Source: Candidatus Multivorans sp.
GTDB lineage: Bacteria > Acidobacteriota > Thermoanaerobaculia > Multivoradales > Multivoraceae
NCBI GenBank assembly: GCA_965247095.1
Contig: OZ251997.1
Coordinates: 1,952,001-2,016,000, forward strand
DNA length: 64,000 nucleotides
Direction: 5' to 3'
How positions within the stretch are numbered: position 1 is the first letter of the stretch; every line of letters starts with the position of its first letter. The position numbers were made by a program, and so were the translations under genes. The notes under the pieces are model-generated. The model saw only the letters and a program-made list of their open reading frames with translations. It was not told the DNA's origin and searched no databases. This document shows, one piece after another, positions 55,498 to 64,000 of this stretch.

Positions 55498-56118
55498 CTA
55501 AGGATACAGCCTGCCCGCCTGCCAGGAATCAGCATCCCGCTGGTAGAAGGTCCGGTCGTGCAACCGGTGTTCGCGGGCGACCCAGAACTCGAACCGCCGG
55601 GGCACCACCCGGAGGCCCGTCCAGTGCCGCGGCCGCGGCACGTCGCGGCCTTCGAAGCGCTGCTTCACGTGCTCGAAGTCGGCGAGAAGCTGCTCGCGGC
55701 TTTCGAGCCGGCGGCTCTGCTGGGAGGCCCAGGCGCCGAGCTGGCTGTTCCGGCTGCGGGTCGCGAAGTATGCGTCTGCCTCGGCGTCGCCTACCAGTTC
55801 GGCACAGCCGAAGATCGACACCTGCTCCTTCGGCTCGCGCCAGAAGAAGTTCAGGCTCACGTCCGGCCGAGCCAGGATCTCCCTGCCCTTTCGGCTCTCG
55901 AGATTGGTGTAGAAGACGAAGCCCTCGCGGTCGAAGTGCTTAAGCAGCACGACACGCGACGACGGGCGGCCTGAAGCGTCGGCGCTTGATACGACCATCG
56001 CGTTCGGCTCGGCAATGCCGGTCGCCGCAGCCCGCTCGTAGAGGTCGCGGAATCGTTCGAGCGGGTCGTGCCCACCGAGTGCGCCGGCCTTCTGGCCGGC
56101 ATCAGGTGCTGCAGTCAC
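55498..56118 (-). CDS. pdxH: Pyridoxamine 5'-phosphate oxidase
   Basis: PSSRVVLLK, FYTNLESRKG, GAWASQQS, FEFW...RLHDR, RLYP. Confidence 0.95.
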   Translation of the reverse strand: MTAAPDAGQKAGALGGHDPLERFRDLYERAAATGIAEPNAMVVSSADASGRPSSRVVLLKHFDREGFVFYTNLESRKGREILARPDVSLNFFWREPKEQVSIFGCAELVGDAEADAYFATRSRNSQLGAWASQQSRRLESREQLLADFEHVKQRFEGRDVPRPRHWTGLRVVPRRFEFWVAREHRLHDRTFYQRDADSWQAGRLYP

Positions 56119-56164
56119 GACTGCACTCTGACCGATCCGGCGCCGGGAGCCAACAAGCGCCTGC

Positions 56165-57199
56165 TCAGATGCGTGGCAGGACCTCGTCCGTGAACAGCAC
56201 GAACGAGCTGTGACTGAGCGGAGCGCAAAGAAGATAGTCGAGGTGGATCTCCTCCTTGAGGCGCGTGATCTCGTCGACCAGTCCGTCCGGAGTGCCGTAC
56301 AGGATCACTCCGTTCAGGTAGCGGTCGACTGCCGACTCGTCGACCCTGTCGATGAACACCTCGTCCATCGACAGTTCTCCAAGCTCCCGGTTGAGCTTGC
56401 TCTCGACCCGGGCCGCGCGCACGCCCTTCTTCTGGTGCGAACCGACGGTCCATTCGGCGCCCTGCCGCGCGATCCGCTCCGCTTCGGCGCGGGTCGGCGC
56501 GCAGGCGATCAGGCGCGCCATCGGGATCTCCCGGCCCTCGATCGCGTGTCCGTGCCGGTCCAGGATCTGGCGGTAGAGTTCCCGCTTCTCGCCGATCCGG
56601 CTGTGCGTCGAGTGGGGGTCGAGCATGATTGAGAAGCCGTTCTCGGCCGCCCAGGTCATCGACTCCGGCGACGACGAAGCCAGCCACACGGGCGGATGCG
56701 GCTTCTGCGCCGGCTTCGGCAGCACCTCAACGTCGTGGCAGCGAAAGTGCTCGCCTTCGAAAGTAAAACGTTCCTCGGTCCAGGCGCCGATCACCGCCTG
56801 CACGTGCTCGCGGAAGACCTCGTAGCTCTGCTGCGGATCGACACCGAAAGCTCTGAACTCGCCTTCCTGGTAGCCGCGGCCGACACCCCAGTTGACCCGG
56901 CCGTTCGACAGCACGTCGAGCAACGCGACCTCTTCCGCCAACCGCAGCGGGTTGTAGAAGGGCGCCAGGGAAACACCGGTGCCGATGCGGAGGTTCTTCG
57001 TCCTCGCGGCGACGTGCGTGCCCATGATGTGGATCGACGGGCAGATGCTGAACGAGCTGAAGTGGTGCTCCGCAAGCCACACCGCGTCGTAGCCGTTCTG
57101 GTCCATGATGTCGATGCGCTGGAACGCACGGTGGTAGACGTCTTCCAGCGCGATACGCCGGTCGGGCCACGAGAAGAACTGGAGGACCGCGACCTTCAT
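56165..57199 (-). CDS. LLM-class (luciferase-like) flavin-dependent oxidoreductase
   Basis: WLAEHHF, PLRLAEEVALLDVLSNGRVNWGVGRG, PKPAQKPHPP. Confidence 0.92.
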   Translation of the reverse strand: MKVAVLQFFSWPDRRIALEDVYHRAFQRIDIMDQNGYDAVWLAEHHFSSFSICPSIHIMGTHVAARTKNLRIGTGVSLAPFYNPLRLAEEVALLDVLSNGRVNWGVGRGYQEGEFRAFGVDPQQSYEVFREHVQAVIGAWTEERFTFEGEHFRCHDVEVLPKPAQKPHPPVWLASSSPESMTWAAENGFSIMLDPHSTHSRIGEKRELYRQILDRHGHAIEGREIPMARLIACAPTRAEAERIARQGAEWTVGSHQKKGVRAARVESKLNRELGELSMDEVFIDRVDESAVDRYLNGVILYGTPDGLVDEITRLKEEIHLDYLLCAPLSHSSFVLFTDEVLPRI

Positions 57200-57232
57200 C
57201 GGCCGGCTATCGTCTCACAGATCGGCGAACGA

Positions 57233-57544
57233 CTATTTCGGCCGCCGCTTGTAAACGTAGGACAACCCCTCCTCGGCGAACGCCCGGCAGGCTTTGTCCT
57301 TGAACTCGACCGCCTTGTCCCACTCCTCGATGTCGTAATAGTCGCGCTCGGCGACAACCCGGATTTCGCGTACCGTCCGCTCGTCGAGGTCGAGCCGTTC
57401 GGCGATCTCGCGATCGGACAGTCCGCGGCGCCGCTTCTCTCTCGGCAGGTGCTCGTGGATGTCGACCTGGATCGAGTTCGACAACTCCAGGATCTCCTCC
57501 CGGTGCCGGCGGTAGGTCTCCGGATCGATGAAGAAGAAAGCCAT
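57233..57544 (-). CDS. Small hypothetical protein with HTH-like segment
   Basis: GLSDREIAERLDLDERTVREI; RBS GAGGT; third gene of the Fe-S operon. Confidence 0.75.
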   Translation of the reverse strand: MAFFFIDPETYRRHREEILELSNSIQVDIHEHLPREKRRRGLSDREIAERLDLDERTVREIRVVAERDYYDIEEWDKAVEFKDKACRAFAEEGLSYVYKRRPK

Positions 57545-57562
57545 CGTCTACACCTCGCTCGC

Positions 57563-58447
57563 CTATGCCTTCTGCCGATGCTCGGCGCCGACCGGACACA
57601 CACGCATGCATTCCCAGCACTGCCCCTGGCTCTGGGCGGCATAGGTCATCGACCACAGGGTCTTCGTAAAATGGCTGGAGTAAAGGACCATCTTGCGGGC
57701 TTCGGGATCGTCCTGGTCGAGGGCCAGTTCGAGCCCCTTCTGAAACCCTGGAATCCAGTGCGTGTAAACCCGGGAAGTGCAGCGCGCCGCGTCGTACCGG
57801 CGCTCGACGAGCCGGCCGTTCTCGATCCGCCCGTCGAGGCAGCCGCCGTCGCCGAGTGGGCAGACCTTGGTGCATGGAGTGGCGCCCTCCGCTTCCCACA
57901 TCTCGACGCAGGCCGGCGCCGGGCAGGCCGGTTCGGCCGGTTGGGGCGTGACCGGAAAGGGGTACGTGGTGATGATCGCCGAGTAGAAGAGCAGGCCGTA
58001 CTCCGGGTGCAGCACCGGCCCGGCCAGGCTGCGGGAGCCGCAACCGGCGAGTTCCGCCGCCAGCGCCACGCTCAAGAAAGGCTGGTTGCCGCGACGAACT
58101 CCAGGCGGCACGAACAGCGCGTAGTAGCCGAACTCCGCCTCGATGAACTTCGCCGTCTTGAGGCCGAGGGAGTTGATCCGGTCGCTGGTGCCCATCGTCT
58201 CCAGGTGCTCGTGGACCGGGCTCGCCCAGTCGGCGGCCCGCGGCGGACTGCCGCCGACAACCACGACCCGGCGGGCGCCGGGCAGCAGGTCACCGGGCCG
58301 GAAGCCCTCCGGCGCCTCGTCGAACGCCTCGGCATCGGCGACCCCCCAGGCCAGCGCGCCGCCCCGCCCGGCCATCGCCGCAAGGCGGTTCAGGGCCGCC
58401 GCGGCTTCGTCCGCCGTCGGCTTGGGGGCCACCCTCGAGACCGTCAC
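57563..58447 (-). CDS. QueG/reductive-dehalogenase-like Fe-S protein, paralogue B
   Basis: PEGFRPGDLLPGARRVVV, AAELAGCG, LHPEYG, CPAPAC...PCTKVCP, CWECMRVCPVG. Confidence 0.75.
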   Translation of the reverse strand: MTVSRVAPKPTADEAAAALNRLAAMAGRGGALAWGVADAEAFDEAPEGFRPGDLLPGARRVVVVGGSPPRAADWASPVHEHLETMGTSDRINSLGLKTAKFIEAEFGYYALFVPPGVRRGNQPFLSVALAAELAGCGSRSLAGPVLHPEYGLLFYSAIITTYPFPVTPQPAEPACPAPACVEMWEAEGATPCTKVCPLGDGGCLDGRIENGRLVERRYDAARCTSRVYTHWIPGFQKGLELALDQDDPEARKMVLYSSHFTKTLWSMTYAAQSQGQCWECMRVCPVGAEHRQKA

Positions 58448-59307
58448 TGGAGACGCCTCTCGCCCATGCCGACCGGACACACCCGCATGCACTCGAAGCA
58501 CTGCGCCACGCTCTCCTTGTAGTAGCTGAGCGACGACAGCGACTGGGTGAAGAAGTCCGAATAGATCATCGAACGGCGCCGTTCCCGGTCCTCCTCCGTG
58601 GTGATCTGCACCAGGGACTTCTGGATTGAACCGATGCCGAAGTTCATCGCCCGGGAAGTGCAGCGCTCGCGGTCGTAGTACGAATAGCTGATCCGGCCGT
58701 TCTCGTCGATCGCGCCGTCGAGACAGCCGCCGTCGTCCTTCGGGCACGCCGCGAGGCACGGCGTCGTCCCCAGCTTCTCCATCATCTGGATGCAGGGCTT
58801 GGAGGGGCAAACGTCCTCCTCCAGGGGATGGTCCGGTTCGAGGTCCAGCGTCGTGACCAGGGCGGCGTAGTACAGAAGGCCGTAGCGGGGATGGAGGATG
58901 ATGTTCGCCGCCAGCGACCGGGTGCCGAGTCCCGCGAGCACCGCGGCCAGCATCATGCTCATCGGCGGGTTGTGCCCGGCGGTGGGCAGGGACGGCGCCT
59001 GCAGTGCACGGTGGCCGTGCTCGCGCTCGATGTAGTCGCACATGACGTGGATCGCGACGTTCTCCCGGAAGTCGTAGCCCGTGATCTCCATCACCCGGTG
59101 ATCGGGACTGCGCCAGGCGCCCGCCGTCGGTCCCTGGTTGCCGGCGACGACGACGCTCCGGGCGCCGGGCAGCACGTCCTCGGGCCGATGCCCCTCCGGC
59201 ACGAACTCGTTGAAGGCGCTCGCCGCCGCCACGCCGACCACGAGGGCCCCGGCACCGGCGCCCACATCGTGCACTGCCGCCGTTCTCTGCTGTCGCGCAT
59301 CCGCCAT
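58444..59307 (-). CDS. QueG/reductive-dehalogenase-like Fe-S protein, paralogue A
   Basis: PEGHRPEDVLPGARSVVV, AAVLAGLG, LHPRYG, CPSKPC...PCLAACP, CFECMRVCPVG. Confidence 0.75.
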   Translation of the reverse strand: MADARQQRTAAVHDVGAGAGALVVGVAAASAFNEFVPEGHRPEDVLPGARSVVVAGNQGPTAGAWRSPDHRVMEITGYDFRENVAIHVMCDYIEREHGHRALQAPSLPTAGHNPPMSMMLAAVLAGLGTRSLAANIILHPRYGLLYYAALVTTLDLEPDHPLEEDVCPSKPCIQMMEKLGTTPCLAACPKDDGGCLDGAIDENGRISYSYYDRERCTSRAMNFGIGSIQKSLVQITTEEDRERRRSMIYSDFFTQSLSSLSYYKESVAQCFECMRVCPVGMGERRLQ

Positions 59308-59335
59308 CGGGGATCGCTCCGGTAGTCTGCTGTCA

Positions 59336-60070
59336 GTGAACTTGGGGGACGATAGCACCGGCGCGCCGGGAGCGGCTGAAACCTCCAACCCGTGGCAGGA
59401 ACGGAAGGACCGCGGTCTTGCGGCAGCTCTGTTCGCATCGCTGGGCCTCCTCGCCACCTCTCCCCGGAAGTTCTTTGAGGGGACCCGGGTCGATGCAGGG
59501 ATTTGGGGTCCGCTGCTGTTCGCCGGTCTAGTGACCGCGCTATCGGCCCTGCTGAACGTCCTGATCCTCGCGATCCTCGCCGTGACGCTGCCCGAGCCGG
59601 CGCTCGATCTGGTTCACCGCATGGAAATCTGGGGCGACCCCATTGGTTTTGGATCCGCCCCAGACGGAACGGGTCTTTCGGCCAACCTACGCGCCTTCCT
59701 TGGACTTCAGGCGACGCTGCTCCTCCTGCCCGTCATCTTCGTGTTCTCGCTGGCCAGCGTGCTGATCAGCGGCGGCGTCGGCCACGTCCTGCTGGTCCTC
59801 ACCCGCACGCCGAGGCCACGTGGGTTCCGGGGCACCCTTACCGCGGCCTGCTACGCAAACAGCGCCGCCCTCCTGGCCGCCCTCCCCCTGGCCGGCGACA
59901 TTCTCAGCGGCCTCGGCACCGCGGTGCTGTTCGCGCTCGGCCTTTACGTCCTGCAGGGAGCCACAGCCGTCAGAGCGGCCGTGGTCGCCACGATCCTGGC
60001 ATTGCTGCTGACCCTGCTGGCGCTGTCGACTCTGTTGCTCCTTAGCGGCATCGACGGCTCGACCTTCTGA
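59336..60070 (+). CDS. YIP1-like membrane protein
   Basis: PWQER...SPRKFF, PLLFA, GFRGTL...CYA; about five TM helices. Confidence 0.65.
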   Translation: MNLGDDSTGAPGAAETSNPWQERKDRGLAAALFASLGLLATSPRKFFEGTRVDAGIWGPLLFAGLVTALSALLNVLILAILAVTLPEPALDLVHRMEIWGDPIGFGSAPDGTGLSANLRAFLGLQATLLLLPVIFVFSLASVLISGGVGHVLLVLTRTPRPRGFRGTLTAACYANSAALLAALPLAGDILSGLGTAVLFALGLYVLQGATAVRAAVVATILALLLTLLALSTLLLLSGIDGSTF

Positions 60071-60179
60071 CGTACGACCCGCGGTCGGTGCCGTCCCGCG
60101 GTGCAGACTCTTAGTAGAGTCGGGCGCCCGTGGCGGCCCCGAGCCAGGGCCTCGCACGAAGACTCGCCTCAACGCCGCC

Positions 60180-61216
<1,037 letters not shown>

Positions 61217-61217
<1 letters not shown>

Positions 61218-63763
61218 TGCGCGTTCCGCTCAGTTGGCTCGGCGACTTCGTCGAGTTCGAAGGCTCACCCGAGGAACTCGCCGAGCTGCTCACCAACGCC
61301 GGCCTGGAGGTCAAGGCGATCGAGCGCTTCGGCGTCGACGGGGCTGAGCTGCCGTGGCCGGAGGATCTGGTCATGGCCGCGAAGGTCCTCCGCGTCGATC
61401 CGGTGCCGGACGCCGACCGCCTGGTCCTGGCAACGGTCGACTACGGTGCGGGCTCGACGCGCCAGGTGGTCACCGGAGCGCCCAACCTGTTCGCGTACAA
61501 GGGGCGTGATCTGGGCGACGCGGACCTCTGGGGCACCCTCCTGCTCGCCGGCGCCAGCTACCGCAACCCCTACCGCGACTACAAGGTCACGCGGCTCAAG
61601 GCGAAGAAACTGCGCGGCATCACCAGCGACGCGATGCTGTGTTCGGCGGCGGAACTCGGGCTCGGCGACGATCACGAAGGCATCATCCTGTTCGAGCCAG
61701 CGGCCGAACTCCCGGAACTGCGGCCAGGACGACCGCTGGCCGAAGTGCTCGGCGATGTCGTGCTCGACATCGACGTGATCCCGAACATCGCCCGCTGCGC
61801 CTCGATCATGGGCACCGCCCGCGAGGTCGCCGCGCTCACCCGCGTCGACTTTGTGCCGCCGTCCGACGCGCTTCAGATGGACGGTCCGCCGATCGACGGC
61901 CGGGTCGAGATCGCAGCCGAGAACCCGGAGCTCAATCCCCGCTTCGTCACCCTGCTGATCGAGGGCATCGAACAGGGGCCGTCGCCCTACTGGATGCAGC
62001 ACCGGTTGCACCTCGCCGGGCAGCGGCCCATCGGCAACGTGGTCGACGTCAGCAACTACGTGATGCTCGAGGTCGGTCAACCGAACCACACCTTCGACTA
62101 CGACCTTCTGCGGCAGCGCGCCGATGGGTATGCCGACGGCGGTCCGGTGCGCATCGTCACCCGTCTCGCCCACGAGGGCGAACGACTGACCACGCTCGAC
62201 GGCGCCGAACAGAAACTGCGGACGAACCAGATCCTGGTCACCGACCCGGCCGGCGCCCTGAGCGTCGGCGGCGTGATGGGCGGCCGGGACAGCGAGATAA
62301 GTGCTGAGACCAGCAACGTCCTGCTCGAAGCGGCGGCCTGGGAACCGCGGAGCATCCGGCGCACCCAGCGCCAGCTCGGTGTCCACACCGAGTCGGGCTT
62401 CCGCTTCAGCCGCGGCGTCCACCCCAGCCAGGCCCTGCTCGGCGGCAGGCGCGCGGCCGAGCTGCTGCGGCGCCACGCCGGCGGCGCCGTCGCCCACGGC
62501 ATCGTCGACCACCACCCGCAACCGGCGCCGGCCGTCACCGTCGACTTTGATCTCGCCTACCTGCGCCGGATCAGCGGCCTGGACCTCGGCGCAGCAGAGA
62601 CTGCGGATTTGTTGCGGCGCCTGGAGTTCGAGGTCGAGGCGACGGACGACTCCACCGCCCTGCGCGTCATCGTTCCGGCCCACCGTCTCGACATCGAGGG
62701 TCCGCACGACCTGGTCGAGGAGGTCTGTCGCATCTACGGCTACGACCGCATCCCCTCTACCGTGCTCAGCGACGTGCTGCCACCCCAGCGCGGCAACCGC
62801 GAACAGGCGTTCGAGGACAGGGTCAAGGACACCCTTGCCGACCTGGGGCTGCAGGAGGTCGTCAACTACCGGCTGACCACGCCGGAGGCGGAAGACCGGA
62901 TGAGTCCTGAGACGGGATATCCACCGCCCTACGTCCGGCTCGCCAACCCCTCGACCCTCGACCGGGTCGTCATGCGGCGGAGCCTGCTTGCGTCCGTGCT
63001 GGAAGCGGCGGCGTCGAACAGCCGCTTCGAGGACCGGCTCGCCCTATTCGAGGTCGGCCGCGTGTTTCCGCTGGACGAAGGCGCCTCACTTCCCGAAGAG
63101 CGGCAGTGGGCCGCCGTCGTCCTTACCGGCCCCCGTCGGAGCAGCCACTGGCAGGCCGACACCGACAGCGACGACTGCTTCGACTTCTCCGACGTCAAGG
63201 GCGTGGTCGAGGCGGTCCTGGACCGACTCGGCGTGGACGTCGAGTTCACCGCGCCGTCGGAGGAAGAGTCAGCGGCTGCCTTCCAACCCGGCCGCGTCGC
63301 CGCGGTAAGGCTCGCCGGCGACCCGGAACCGATCGGTTGGCTGGGCGAAGTCCACCCGGCCGTCGCCGCCAACTTCGACCTTGAACCCGCGCCCGGGCAA
63401 TCCGTCCTGGCCGCCGAACTCGAACTTGACCGCATCCTCGGACACATCCCGGACTCCCTCAAGGTCGACCCCGTGCCCGTCTATCCCGAAGTACGCGAAG
63501 ACCTGGCCCTGATCGTCGACGAAGCGACGCCGGCCGCGGCGGTCGAGGCCGCCCTGCTCGCCGCCGGCAAGCCCCTGCTCTGCGCGGTCGAGTTGTTCGA
63601 TGTCTTCCGCGGCGTTGGCGTAGGCGAGGGATCGAAGAGCCTCGCCTACCACCTCACCTTCAGAGCGCCGAACCGCACCCTGCGCGACCGGGATGTCAAG
63701 AAGCTCCGCAGGCGCATCCTGGGTCAAGTCGAACGGGCCGTCGGCGCCAAGTTGCGGGAGTAG
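61217..63763 (+). CDS. pheT: Phenylalanyl-tRNA synthetase beta subunit
   Basis: MRVPLSWL, tRNA-binding OB domain, VDVSNYVMLE, DLVEEVCRIYGYD, ferredoxin-fold anticodon domain (KSLAY...RTL). Confidence 0.98.
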
Positions 63764-63778
63764 CTGGCGCGGGCGGCC

Positions 63779-64000
63779 TCAAGCTCCGAGGCGGGACAGC
63801 AACGCCACGACTGCGTGCTCGACCCGGAGTGCCCGCGGTCCGAGGTTGACCGTTCGAGCACCGGCCTGGTCAAACAGAGCGAGTTCCTCATCGAGAAGGC
63901 CACCTTCGGGGCCGACGAGCAGCGCTGTCGGACCATCGACGCCGAGCGGGCAAGGCTCAGCGCCCGCCGCGTCGGCGACCAGCACGTCATCGTGGTTCCG
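63779..64000 (-). CDS. rsmE: 16S rRNA m3U1498 methyltransferase, partial (3' end)
   Basis: LLVGPEGG...LGPRALRVEHA SPOUT signature; runs off the window end. Confidence 0.85.
   Translation of the reverse strand, partial: RNHDDVLVADAAGAEPCPLGVDGPTALLVGPEGGLLDEELALFDQAGARTVNLGPRALRVEHAVVALLSRLGA

Overview
GC-rich bacterial window. The C-terminal domain of the large secreted protein at ~52.2 kb and the gene style suggest an Acidobacteriota/Thermoanaerobaculia-like, possibly host-associated organism; this is inference only. Housekeeping and metabolic genes include an ActP-like solute symporter with its DUF4212 partner, recD2, a GH20 hexosaminidase and galK, an SDR and enoyl-CoA hydratase pair, an RND efflux operon, a polyamine-type ABC transporter, boxC-boxB, pdxH, pheST and the 3' end of rsmE. 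Accessory content includes several toxin-antitoxin modules and remnants, a ~11.7 kb defence island (11.6-23.3 kb), and two complete IS elements (IS630, IS4) with visible inverted repeats and target duplications, both disrupting genes. The island holds a type I R-M system with an extra half-HsdS and two predicted RNase effectors between hsdS and hsdR, a YgjP-like peptidase, and a YjzC plus DUF1883-TIR pair. The strongest candidates for undescribed biology are four: (1) a YjzC / DUF1883-TIR operon whose promoter carries two NrdR-box-like motifs 32 bp apart, one overlapping the -35, suggesting a dNTP-sensing defence module; (2) a MamK-like actin coupled to a membrane-anchored peptidoglycan amidase, with no other mam genes, divergent from an RND operon whose adaptor carries an AMIN domain; (3) an operon of two tandem QueG/RdhA-like Fe-S proteins, a small HTH protein and an LLM flavoenzyme; (4) a dispersed two-hairpin repeat with a compensatory base change. 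All family assignments come from motif recognition by eye; no database searches were run.
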